Source: Vicugna vicugna
Taxonomy: Eukaryota
Direction of reading: 5' to 3'
Length of the DNA: 64,000 nt
Assembly (NCBI GenBank): GCA_013265495.1
Contig: MU061538.1
Coordinates: 434,001-498,000, forward strand
The notes under the pieces are model-generated. The model made no database searches. It saw nothing but the letters and a program-made list of their open reading frames with translations, and was not told where the DNA came from. The translations under genes were made by a program, and so were the position numbers. The number at the start of each line of letters is the position of its first letter. The stretch's first letter is position 1. This document shows, piece after piece, positions 12,700 to 24,785 of this stretch.

Positions 12700-15600
12700 C
12701 TGGGACAGACCCTCGTTCAGAAAACCACCAAAATGCTGGAAAATGAAGAAATAGACAATTTTAAACATACTAGGTATTTGGCAATATTCAAGTTCTTAGA
12801 GATCCCAAACTAACTAAAAGCAGGAACCCGGGATGTAAGGGACGCCGACGTTAACCTTTATCTTGAGGGCATTTTCCAAACCAAGCTGAACTTGAACTTC
12901 TGCATGCGTGACCCCGTGGACTGTGGAGGGCAGGGGACAGCTGGGCCAGACTACCATGATGAGGCTGGTGAGGGCCGGCCACATGCAGCTGGGCCACTCA
13001 AGATCACAGGGTGAGGGCAGCCCCAGCTGACCCCTGCTTGCCCTGAGGAGGGTGCTCCTGTGTCCAGCATGGTCACCGGGTGTGGGGTGGCACGGGGCAC
13101 AGAGCCCCACAGGAGTGTGCTGTCCACCTGTACGCCGCCTGGTGGCCCCACGCCCCAAGAAAGCAACTCAGTCTAAGCTGGTCCTGCGTTGGTAGAGCGT
13201 CCTGAAGCCTAGAAGAAGGACATGCACATCCTCTCAAGGACTCGTTCCTTCCTCTGTCCGCAAAGGACTCCCACAGACAAAATCCCAAGAAACAGGGGTT
13301 TCAGTACATGCTGTGGAACAAGGCAGCGTGTGAAAGGTCATCTGAAAGCAGGGACAGAAGCAAACCTCAGACTCGTAGACGTGGAACATGAATTCCAGAG
13401 TCTTACCTGTTTACAGGAACGAAGAGGGGGAGGAGATGTGAACCAGCAGCCAAGAGCCTGACAATGACCAGAAGTGCTTTTTAAAAGAATTAAATTATTA
13501 AATGAAAGACATAATAATGGAAATTTTAAACTCAGGAGTGTTTAAATCTAGCTGAAGAGAGAATTAGTGAACTAAAACATGAAACTGAATAAATTATCCA
13601 GAATGCAGCCTAGAGAGAGAACGAAATAGAAAATGTGAAAAGCAAAGAAACAAAGTACGTACGCCTAGAAGACAAAGCAAGAAAATCTTACACGCTTAGT
13701 GGAAGTTCCCGGAGACAGTCCCCCTCGAGTGGTCAAGAGAAAACATCTGAAGGTAAAGAAGCTGAAATTTCTCAGAATCTCACTGAAGGACGACACCAGT
13801 CCTCAGATTCAAGAAGTCTGTTGGCGTGAACACAGTTTCAAATCTGGATTCACAGCAGTGAGACTGCAGAATGCCCAAGGCAAAGCAAGAACCGTGAAGT
13901 CAGCCAAGGATGAGAGACAGCTGCCCAGGAAGGCACGGGAGTTTGAGTCGCCGCTGATGTCTCAGCAGCCAAACGAACCAGAAGACGGGGGGGAGCAACG
14001 TCGTCACATCACTGGCGGATTGTTGTCCACCTCAAATTGTACCCAGAAATAGTGCTGTCCAAAACTGACAGCTTAAAGGTAAGGGCTGAATAAAGATACT
14101 TTCAGGGGAAAAAAAAAGAGTTTGTCACCAAGAGATTTTCATTTAAGTTAATTCTAAAGATTTCCCACATGCAAAAGAAAATAAGCCCCTAAGGAAGACC
14201 TGGGGTGCAGAAGAACAAGGAGCAAAGAGAGCCACAAATGTGGGGACAGCGTCTGCCGTGTGCAGTAAAGCCTTGCGAGGCCAGAAACAAGGTAGTGCTG
14301 AGACAGTGGGGGTGGAAACAGTAGCGTTTGAATGGAGGTGAGGCTGCTGGGTGGGAGTGCTCGGGGTCTCTGGACGCTTAGGAACAGAGCTGGTCTTCAC
14401 TAACGTGAGCGTTTGCTCCCTGGGGACACAGAGGTCTCTGCGAGACCACTGAACGTGGAAACAGGGAGTGTCACGTTTAAACATAAAGGCAGCAGAGGCT
14501 GTTAGAAGTGAATTCAAATATGTGAGGAATCACAATAAATGTAAATGAACAGAAGTCCCAATCAGAACAGAGATTTACAGACTGGAAAAATATGTATGTT
14601 GTTTATGAGACACAAAAAGTTTTATATGTACATATATATATATATAGAGAGAGAGAGGGAGAATGCATACATCAAAACGGAAATTTTAAAAATACAGTTC
14701 AGTGATAATGGATAATAGAAACACTGAGGTATATTTTAATACCTGAGGGTTTGCTTTAAAAACAGCACGTTGAAAGAAACTTGTTGCTTCAACTGTTCAT
14801 ATTAGAACGGAAACAAGACTTCGAACATTGACTACATTTTAAATTTAAGAAATAAGAAAAAGAACAACATAATAAACCCAAATAAAGTGGAAGGAAGGAA
14901 ATAATAAAGATAAAAGCAGAAATGGCCGAGATAGAGAGCAAACACAACGGAAGACAGGCAAATAATACTTCTTCTTGGAAAGAACTGATAAAATTGAGAG
15001 ATCTCTATCATAGACATCAAGATAAGGGAGGAAGGCGGAACAGCACTGGGCATGACGAGTGGGGTGTGCACACCGGGGCTCTAGCGTAGAGGAGGTCGGC
15101 AGAGGGACGGCAGTGCCGTGAGAGTTCACTTCAGCATGCAGACATCGTGACCAAAATGACAAAGCAGGAGACTTTCATGATCCTGTAACCAAAGAGGAAA
15201 TTGAATTAGTAGTTGACGTTCTTCCCACAAGGAAAACCCCAGGCCCGCGTATTTTATAAGCAGATACTCCGCATGTTCAGGTGAACCCCGTCTTGCAGAA
15301 AACTCCCGGGCTTCTCGCCTTCTGAGGTCAGGAGAACCCTGCTACCAAAACTCAGCAATGACGGTGCAAGGGAGAGAAATTAGGGACAAATTTCCTCTGA
15401 AACACAGGTGCACAAGCTGAACCAAACACAAGAAGGTGAAGCTGGCAACTTATTTAAAGACTACGTCGCGAAGAGTTTAAGTTCTCACATCAGGAAGATG
15501 ATGAACATAACCTACCACATTCATAGATTAAAGAAGAAACCTCATTTGGCCATCCGAGCAGATGTAGATAAAAGCATTTGCTAAAACTTAGCAAGTTCAT

Positions 15601-17640
15601 TCATAATAAAAATGCTTAGCAAAACAGGATGAGTTTGTCAACCTGATAAAGTCCTGCAGAAGCATCATGCTTCACGGTGAAGCACTGGACGTGCCCCCGT
15701 AGGAGCAGCAGCAAGACGGTGTGTGCGCCTGTTGCGCTGCAGGAGCCACGGCGGCACCGGCCAAGCAGGAAACAGAAGGAAGGTGGAGGAAGGAAGAAAG
15801 AAACACGTTGCTTTGACAGGCGATTCACTCACTCAGAAACACAGAGGAAGAACCAGATAATTTAATAGAATCGGTCAGATAGTGGAGAAAGTTTGCCATG
15901 TATGAAGTCACGTGCAAAAATCAATTGTATTTCTATACTTAGAAAAAAATTAGAAAATATAGTTTAAAAAATGGTAATTGTTTACCATAGAATGAAAAAA
16001 AAAGGTACTAGGAATAAATATTTTCAAATGCAAGACCTTTATGGAGAAAACTATGAAACGTGTTTGAAAGACGTGAAAGAAAGCCGTAACGTGTGGAGAG
16101 ATTACACATGCACAGACTGGGACTGAAGATGTTAATTTCCCCAAACCTCCTGAGTCAAAAAAATTTTAACAAAGACCCCAGCAGCTTTGTTTATTTTTGT
16201 GTTTTATTTTTTATGTTTATTTGGGAGCTTGATGAGCTGATTCTGAAGTGTCTTGGTGCAAAGGGCTGGAGCAGCCAGAGCACCCCCTCCAGGAAGCGGG
16301 GAGAGGGGCCTGCTGTCCTGGGGTGCAGCCGGTACCGGCGTGGGACTGGAGACGGGGCAGGCCTGGGCTCGCAGAGACAGCAGGACCCCAGCAGTCGGCC
16401 CTCCTGTGGAACTGGTTCCTGATGGAGTCGGCATCGCAGATCAGGGGAAGGATGACCTTCTCATAATTGTGCTGCGAAAACGAGGCGTCTGCTTGGAAGA
16501 AAACCTCTCCTCCACAGAATCAGCCCCTGGACGTCAGACGTACACGTGAAGGGCAAATCCTAAATCTTTCAGAAGAAAATATACAACGACATCTTTACTA
16601 TCTTGGGATAGAGAAGTTTTGCAACCTGATACCCAAAGCGCAAACCTTAAAGAAAATGATAAATGAGACTGTATTAACATTAAGAAACGTAAAAAGCCAA
16701 GTCACAAATGGGGATAAGACAGTAACACACGTAACTGGCAACGTCTCAGTGTGCAGAATGTTTACAGACCTCCTACAGAGCAGGAAGAAGGCAGACAACC
16801 CAACAGGAAAACGGGCAGAGGCGTGGCAGAAGGTTCACGTGAGAGGAGGCAGGAATGGCGAGGACACACGCATGGTATGCAGCCTGGCTTGTAACAGAGG
16901 AACGCAAGTTGACAGTATGGGGAGATGCAACGTGACACCCCCAAACCGGCAAGTGTCTGACAACAGGCGCAGGTCTGGAGCAGCAGGAACGCTTGTGAGC
17001 GGGTGGCAGGAGTGTGAGTTGATATGAGCAGTTTGGGGCTCTGTCCCAGCAACGCCACCAGGGCACATCCCCTCCGTGCACCTGGAGCCACAGGCAGGGA
17101 TGCCCACGGCTGCCCACGCCGATCAGGAGCGGAGGGAGAGGAAGCAGCCCCTGGTCCATTGGCTTGGACAGTTGGCGGGAGAAACAGATCAGGATGTGCT
17201 GAGATCATGAACGCAGCCAGAGACAGTGAACAGATATGAGTCACCGCCAACGCAAAGCCAATTCCGGGCCTCGGAGACATGAGGCTCAGCACGGGCCGCA
17301 AGCTGGAGGACACGCATGACAGTGTCTCATCTCAGTACATTCGGGCCCAGCAAAAGTGAGCGGTGTGCACGTATGTGGACAGGTCTGCAGAAAAGGGAAG
17401 CGTCGCCCCAGAGCTCAGGGGAGTTGATCCGCCCCGTGGGGGAGCCCCGAGCGCTGGATGGAATGTTAAGGCTGCGCGTCTTTTTCAGAGAGTGGCTACC
17501 TGGATAGGTGCTGTCTTACTATTTATAACCAACACATATTTTATGAAACATCTAATCTTCAAACATAAATATAAAGTATGGATACTTTTGAATTACAAGC
17601 TAACAGAAGAAATATTTCTAACCGTCAAGGGAAAGTCATC
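12700..17640 (+). mobile_element. Long, deleted, ancient L1ME-type element (5' UTR, ORF1, ORF2 RT and C-terminus, 3' UTR), sense to PTPRN2
   Basis: A 5'-type motif aaaccaccaaaatgctggaaaat lies at about 12720, and the ORF1-like gctgaagagagaattagtgaact at about 13550. The RT region cacattcatagattaaag...cagatgtagataaaagcatttgctaaaa is at about 15520-15590. The ORF at 16467-17027 has NLSEENIQRHLYYLGIEK...IPKAQTLK and KKADNPTGKRAE, resembling the L1 ORF2 C-terminus. Confidence 0.85.
14632..14657. repeat. Compound (TA)n(GA)n microsatellite inside the L1
   Basis: atatatatatatatagagagagagag. Confidence 0.9.
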
Positions 17641-19199
17641 ATGAGCGACAAGGGAGGTGCTTCCCAGAAGCCTGCGACACACGTCTAATCGCGGAGTTTC
17701 ACATGTACGGACGCCATACGCAGTATTTCACCCACCACAGCAGCGCTGCTGTTTCCTCTGCACAGTGAGCCTCGGGCTACGTAGAAACCAGCCTCGTTGC
17801 GTTGTTTTAAATATCTAAGGGGGTGTCTCCCCAAACTGGAAACCCGTGTAGGAAGCCGGCTGCCTCAGCCGCTCCAGACGGGAGTCCTGCTGGCCTGTGC
17901 CCTGCCCGCTCCTCCCTCCCAGCCGGGCCTCCCCGCCTGCACGGTGACGTGGGCTCTTTGGGGGACGACGAGGTGCGCCCCCGCTCGGGGCCTCTGGAAC
18001 CCTGGCTGGGAGCAGACGAGCCTGCCTCCCTGCAGGAGGAGGTGCTGCCCACCCCCCATCCCCAGAGAGGACGGAGGCGCCCACCCTCTCCTCCCCTCCT
18101 TTGGAGCAAAGCCTCACGTGGTGTCTCTGGTTTTGGTAAACAGGTGTCTGGAGAGCAGCCACGTTCCAGGGTTATTTTAATTCTTTCTGACAGTTAGCGA
18201 AAACCCAAACTCTACTTCAGATGACGCAGCGTCCAGTGAAGAACGTGGGGCGACTGTGTTGTCACCGCGCAGGGGTGTCGCTGCGGGGACCTGCCCTGCC
18301 CGCGGTCTCAGGAGCCGCCAGGTGCCCTCCTGCCGCGACGCTCAGCCCAGGGCCTGACAGGCCATCCTGCACGGTTTGCTCCACATGCAGACGGCAGCTC
18401 CCGCACGGCCATGTGGGGATGGGGGACTGAGAAGGCGCCCGACGGTCCTGAGCCCGAGCTCGCGGAGGGCCGCCTCCGGTGGTGGGGACTCCAAGTCCAG
18501 CAGGCAGCCTAGACGTCTTCTCTGCTTCGATGCTTATTCAGAAAGTCCAACCACGGGTGTGGAAAGGACCCGCACACGTGAGGCTGTGATGACACGGTAA
18601 CTCACGGTCACAGTGAGGGATGGCGCAGAAACCTCCCGCAAGAGCTGAGTTTCCTCATGCGCTCTGCGGGTCACGGCTCCGTTCCCTTGACAGACAGTCA
18701 CCGAGAGCCTCCGGTGATCTGACACTGACCCAGGCGCGGGGCTGCCTGCCTCATAGGACAGGACTGCTCTGTTGAGCCGCCTTCTAGGCAGGAAAACTGG
18801 TAAGTAAGTGCACACTGTGTTGGATGGGACAACCGCTCTGCAGAAAAGGGAAGCTGGTGGGGAGGGGTGGGAGATGGGCTGACGCTGGGTGGCAATAAAG
18901 TGACTTAACAGCTGAGACGTGGAGGAGGGGAGTCCCGTAGACACTGGGGGTGAGCATTCTAAGCCCGGGAAACAGGTAGCGAGTGCAGAGGCCCCGAGGC
19001 AGGAGAGCCCACTCCTAGGAGCGCCCAGGCTGGAAGGAGCTGCCGGCTGGCAGGGCCGCGGCCCAGGTTCGGGTCTGAAGGCCTGACTCCCGTGGCAGGA
19101 GCCTGAGGCCACAGGGGGGACCCTGCAGAGCACGAAAGGAAGCCCTGCCGGGTTTGTAATAGTGAAAAGTCTACAGCAGGAGAATGAGCTGTTAACATT

Positions 19200-19850
19200 C
19201 CGCCTTCATACTTGGAAACTATACTTTCATAATGAAAAGAAAGTTTAAATATGCATAAAGCTATGGGTTTTGTTTCTGAAAATCAGCCGAATATAAAGGA
19301 CAGTTGGACTGAATTATTGGTGGTTCTCTTATTGGCTGAGCAGAGTTTGGATGAGCATTGAGTTAAAGACATATGTAATTCCTAAATTATTGTGTATAAA
19401 TACAATAAATTTATGAACATATTTGTAAATATATTTTCTTCACTTTGGTTTACAAAATTATTAATAATATTGCCTAACAAAGATTTTCATAAAACTGCAT
19501 TTAGACAGAAATGATCCAACTGTAACTTCATACAATGTATAAAATGTGAAAGCAATTTTATCAAAAATATACATATGAAATTGAAAATTAGAATTATATG
19601 CCTTCAAAAAGTCGTATTTTAAAAATTCAAAATGAACTATTATAAAACAAAATATAATTAATATTTTTCTTTAAAATATTCAAAATAAGCTATTATAAAA
19701 CAAATGTTTCTTTAAAATTTTCAAAACAAACTACGATAGTTATTAGACAAAATATAATTCATAAACAAACAATCTTTAAAGTGTTAACTAAACTTCTAAT
19801 TCTACTTTTTTAAAAAGAAGTAAAATTGTAGTTTTCTTATAAAGGTAAAA
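19200..19850. other. Very AT-rich island with a degenerate internal repeat
   Basis: By eye it is about three-quarters or more A+T, against GC-rich flanks. ctattataaaacaaa occurs at 19637 and 19690, tttctttaaaat at 19666 and 19707, and caaaatataatt at 19648 and 19748. Confidence 0.85.
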
Positions 19851-22480
19851 CACGAGCAGTTGTAGCCTCAGGACCCGTCCAGCCCCCAGCCAGGACCAGG
19901 ACTCGTGACACGGTGTCTAACCTGACGTCCAGGAGAACTGGTAACTAGTGGACGTTGTTCTGGGTGCAGAATGCTCCTGGGCCACCGTGTGCGGCTGCCG
20001 CAGGTCCACAGTCATCCAGGAAAGCCTGCAGGACCGCAAACCAAAATGCGAAGATAGGCCGGGGTGGACGCTCAGCACTGCTGGGAAAGGGGGCCTCTCG
20101 AGCCAGGAATCCTTTGCTTTCCAGCTGAGAAGCAGGCTTGACAAGTTAATTAACTTGTGTCTTACCCCCGCCCAGCGCTCCTGAGGCTCAGACCCCCAGC
20201 CCCTCCCGTCTCAAGCCCTTGTGGCCTTAGGTGGCAGCAGCCTGTTGTCCAGAGGACAGGAGGCCAGATGTGGGGACCCTCCCCACCAGGCGTGTCCTGG
20301 TGGCCGGTGGAGAAGACCACAGAAGCAGGCGTCTACCCCTGCGGTCCTGCTGTGGTCCTGTCCCTCACCCAGCGGGTCTGCGGCGGGACCAACTGCCCAA
20401 GTGCCAGGCCCCGGGGCGGGGGGGTGGAGGGGTCAGTCTCAGTGAGACTGAGACTAAGTGGGGCTGCAGCCCAGGGACCCCCTGCCCAACTCCAGGTCAG
20501 GTGTCAACGGCTCACCTCTGGTCCTGGAAGGACCACTATTCACCTGGGCCCTGGCTCTGAAAACCCCCTTGGCCCTGACACAGAAAAGGGGAGGTGTGGG
20601 CGAGATGGCCTGGGCACTGTGGGGGCTGGGCACCCGGAGCATCGAGGTCAACTTTCTCCCAAATCTGCTCCCTCCCAGGACTGACCTCAGCCGGACAGGT
20701 TCCACGTGGGGCATCTCTAAGGAAAGGTCGAGTCACTTCCCGGTGATGGAAAGGGAAGGTTGCTGGTGGCCGTGCGGGTTTCCGTGAGGCCGGCTCAGGG
20801 CAAGGAGGGCTGGTGGGTCTAACCAGCAGCCCCCAGACGTCCAGCCTGTCTGCTTCCACAGACGCCTCTGGGTGTAAGCAGGTGGCCGAGCGCAGCGTTT
20901 CTCCTAAGGTGGAAGCAGGTACGGATGCTCACCCGGGAGCAGGACTTGTGGCTCGCCAGAAACCGCCCCGCCCTCTCCTGCAGGCGTCCAGCCCCCCTGG
21001 CGTCTGCTGCCTCCCGCAGCCCCGCTTGCCGCCCTCGGGCTTGCTAGCACGGCCCAGCATTAAGTCGTCCCGTCGCAATTTAGGTCTCAGAAGGGACTTC
21101 TGCTCATCCTTTCAGGTTAAAATCACGAGGATAAAGAAAGAGGCAAAATTATTCCACTGTCGCTACGTGCTTAATTATATGGAATGCTGCATACATTGTC
21201 AAGTGCGAAGAATTATTCTGATAAATTAAAATACTAATTAAATAGGCTATTGCAGAATGTTGAGAACATTGTAGGGTTCTGCTTCTCCAGGTAATTTGCA
21301 TATCCTTCATCTAGTGAATTTAATTTTAAAGGACTTCTTTTTGTGTTTGGAAACCCTTTTTGTCTCCAGTGAAGATAAGAGTGGGCTTTATGCATTGTTC
21401 TTGCCTTTATTAAAGCAGCTTCTCCCGGGGTCTCTGCGTCCTGGCCTGCCGGCGGCTCACGCCCACCAGCTCAGGGTCCATGTTTGGCCATGGAAGTAAC
21501 TCAGACAGAACATCTGGCCAGTGAAAGGCTTTTCTTTCCCCCTCAAAATGCTTCCTCAAAGCCTGAAAAAAAAAAATGGGAGAATTCTGCACCCAGGTGG
21601 AGGTGGTGCTGAACTTAACCCGTGTTTCCAGAGAGAAGGTGTGTTGCGGGGGGGTGCTCGGAGGTGTGGGGGTGCCTCTGAGCCAGGTCTGAATGCCTGT
21701 TGGAGGTGCCGTCCGTATGAGGGACACAGTCTAGGAGCACACGGACCACGTTCTGTGGCGGTTTGGTTCCGCGGGAGAGACGCAGGGGCAGGAACCCGTG
21801 CAGCCATGTAGGGAACCCTGCGAGGGAACACACAAAATGACAGCATGTGGAAACAGCGCTGAGCAGGGCTCCGGGATGTCCTGAGGACGGCAGAGCACGC
21901 TGAAGAGCGCTGGGCCGGTTTCTCTTGTGGGTCGGTGTGAGTGCCAACAAACAAATGCAAGTGAACAGAAACCCCAGAAGGGCTGTGCTGAGGGGGAGTT
22001 GTGTGCCTTGTACACGCGCTGGAGAAAAGGCACCACTGGGTGTCTGTCTGCTACCCCCACCAACGAGACATTTCAAGGAACAAAAAGTTACATTAAATAC
22101 AGAGCAAGCAGGCACTGCTGGAAGGGGCCTGACGCCCAACCGAGAAGGTCACAAAGGAGCGCAAAACCGCGAGGCATCGGTGTGAGTCCCAGGGACGGTG
22201 CGGGCCCCGGCCGCCAAGGCGCCTCGCGGGTGTGTTGGGAAAGCCCATCGCGTCTCCACGGAGACGTCTCCGCCAGGAGCAGGAGACGGGCTCCGGAAGA
22301 ACCCCACGGGGCACTGTCACTCTAGCAACGATGGAGGTGGATGCCCCTTCCAGAAGTTTCTGGAGCTTGTCAGAAGGTGCCCTGGGAGATTTTCCAGTAG
22401 AAGCGATGATGCGTGTTTTTTTGCCATGGCCCCTGAGGGCGTGGGCGCAAAGGCCAAGGGGCCCCTTGGGGAAACACGCA

Positions 22481-22575
22481 TTTTGTTTTATTGTTTATTT
22501 AGTGGAGGTACTGGGATGGAACCCAGGACCTCATGCGCGCTAGGCGCGTGCACTACCGCCGACCCGGATTCCTCC
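22481..22575 (-). mobile_element. tRNA-derived SINE of the camelid (Vic-1-like) type
   Basis: The reverse complement reads ggaatccgggtcggcggtagtgcacgcgcctagcgcgcatgaggtcctgggttccatcccagtacctccactaaataaacaataaaacaaaat. It has degenerate A and B boxes, the cagtacctcc motif and an A-rich tail. Confidence 0.8.
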
Positions 22576-24753
22576 TCCTGGGGACACGCACACCTTAGCA
22601 TCGAGGAAGCATGGCGGGTTAAGACCTAAACTTTGGTCACAAAGTGCCGTCCAGACAGGGCTGGAGCCAGTTGGGACTGGCTCCCCAGAGATCATGTTCA
22701 CTTTTCCAAGAACGTTTTGAACCAGTGATTAAACGCAGCCATTATGAAAAATTAAATTCCACACACTTGCAATTAATTATGTCAGAAACAAAGGCTTAGA
22801 TACCCAGCCGGTCGTCCACTATGTTCTGTGGTTCTCTGTGCACTGAGGTCATGTCCCCCCCCCCGGGGCGGGGGAATGCCGCCTCTGCTGAGACCCCCTC
22901 CCCCACTCCCCTCGCCCCGTCCCACTTGGGGCTGCGCGAGCCTGCCCTGGTCACATGTGAGGACAAGGACGTGGTTTTGCTGGAAAGGTCTCCCCGCACC
23001 TGGCAGCTCTGAGACGGTCCTGTGTTCACGGAGGGGAGGGGTCGGGTGGGTTTCTGGAGGGAAAGGGCTGAGGGCCTGGGGAGGTACCTGCCCGGGCCTG
23101 GTTGAGGGGTTGGTGGGGGGACAGAGGAACCTGGAAGCTATGCTGACACTGACTGTCCCCCCAGACAGGTGACCCGGGAGGTGTTCAGGTGCAGAACGGC
23201 CAGCGTCCCACCTGCCGCCTGGTGTGGGGGTGGACTTGTGGGCCAGTGGGCATGGCCTGTGGTCACCCCGGGCCCCCCTGCTTGGTGGAGAAGGTTTTGC
23301 TGGAACACAGCCAGACCTGTCCCTCTTCCTTAGTACTGTCCCCACAGCCGGGTCGAGACCCGCGGTGGCCAAGCTGGCCGTTTCTTGGAAGGACGTTCGC
23401 TGCCCCTGGACTGGGTGACCTGCGGAAGTGTTGCCAGGCTGGTTTGTTCATTCGGAGCCTGAACTGTCTGTTACTTCTCTGAGGCAATAAATGGAGTATT
23501 TTTAATTCCCGTCTTTATGTGCTCTGTGCTCCTCAGTCTGCCGAAGACTCGTTGTTATCCCCCCAGAGTGGCCTGTCATTCAGCCAAGTATCTCCTTTGT
23601 TCGCGAGAGAACATTAAAATCAATTGCTTTGTGCTCTGCCTCTTACAGAATAGTCCCCTCCACCAGGGTTTACTTTGGGGCCACCGCCCCTCCCTGCCCC
23701 CTCGGCGCCACCACCCAGCTCAGAGCCCCTTAAAGTGCTGCTGCTCCGACCCCAGGCCGGGGGTCTGCCCCTCTCGGTGCCCGCACGACTGCCCACATGT
23801 GGAAGTGGCGTTCCTCCGTCCAGGGGAGACGGTGGGAGGGCCCCAGAGGCAGGGGAGGCCGGCTGCAGCAGGGCCTGGGGTGTGTCCTTGGAACAGGTGC
23901 AGTGTCGTCTCCAGGACTAATGTGGGCGTTTTACAATAAGGGGTGAAAGTAATTTCTGTTTTCTTGCTCTCTCATTCTGTGTTAATCACAATTGCAAGGC
24001 ACTCTTCATTCTTAAGGTTTGCAATAAAATTCCGTTTCTTTCTGGTTTTCATTTCCAAAACAACGGGGCTTTATCCAGAGAAATATTTCCACAGAATCGT
24101 AAGCCACGGCCAGTCGCCCTGTGACACGGCTTCTTCTCCAGGAGGGGTCCGGGGGTTTGTGGTGCGGGCCCCAGGGTTAGCTGCGCTCTCGCTCCAACTG
24201 CTGGCTGTTTCTAGGGCTCACCCCGCCTGGGCTGATACGGAGCGTGACGCGTTCTCTGAAAGTCTTCCTCATCCGAAGTCAGGAGCAGGCCAGGCTGAGG
24301 ATGGCACCGGAGCTAAATGGTCGCAGGATGTGTCTTGTAGGGGCAGGAATAAGAGGGAATAAATGAAGCAGCTCCCAGAGCTAACGGGACGGAGGCACCA
24401 CTCAGTCTTGCCTGCTACTGAGCCGTTCTGTGGACACGGAATGCTCGTTAATAGAACCTGTTTCCCAGTGATTATAGTTAACAACCTTCACGTCGTCCTA
24501 AAATCAGACTTCGCAGTCTGCAAAGCAGGTCTGCCCACAGCTTCTCACCCAGGCTTCCCAAGGGTGCTGTGACTTTCCTGAGACGACGGTTTATGGGCAG
24601 AGCTGGGGGCACACATCCACTGGCCCCTCGGTGGGAGCCTTCCGCCCAGGCTCGTCCACGGCACTGATGGGATCAGTGGTCCGAGCGGGGCCTTCCTGGA
24701 ACGTGTCCAGAGAGGGAGCGCTCCGGGTGTCTTGAGAACGTTGCCTCTCCAAG

Positions 24754-24785
24754 CTGACCTCTTGCTTCTTAATTTCTCCTAACAG
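24754..24785 (+). promoter_or_regulatory. Branch point, polypyrimidine tract and 3' splice site of the PTPRN2 exon
   Basis: CTGAC (yUnAy) at 24754-24758, with the branch A at 24757. It is followed by ctcttgcttcttaatttctcctaacag. Confidence 0.65.

Larger units (their letters stand above)
1..24785 (+). other. PTPRN2: PTPRN2 intron upstream of the 65-bp exon (5' end outside the window)
   Basis: The preceding exon (about VLGPAVTFKV...VEKAT) is not seen in the window. PTPRN2 is known for very long introns. Confidence 0.85.

Noticed and set aside
16467-17027. 186-aa ORF with L1 ORF2 similarity as a functional or domesticated gene
   Set aside because: A degenerate C-terminal fragment of an ancient L1. 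The upstream ORF2 is broken and the catalytic motifs are not intact.
9001-17640. Inverted L1 pair forming long dsRNA (ADAR substrate or circRNA driver)
   Set aside because: Both copies are ancient and highly diverged, and both lie in the same intron upstream of the exon, so they cannot bracket it.
22481-22575. tRNA gene
   Set aside because: It has only degenerate A/B boxes plus an A-rich tail and no cloverleaf, so it is a tRNA-derived SINE.
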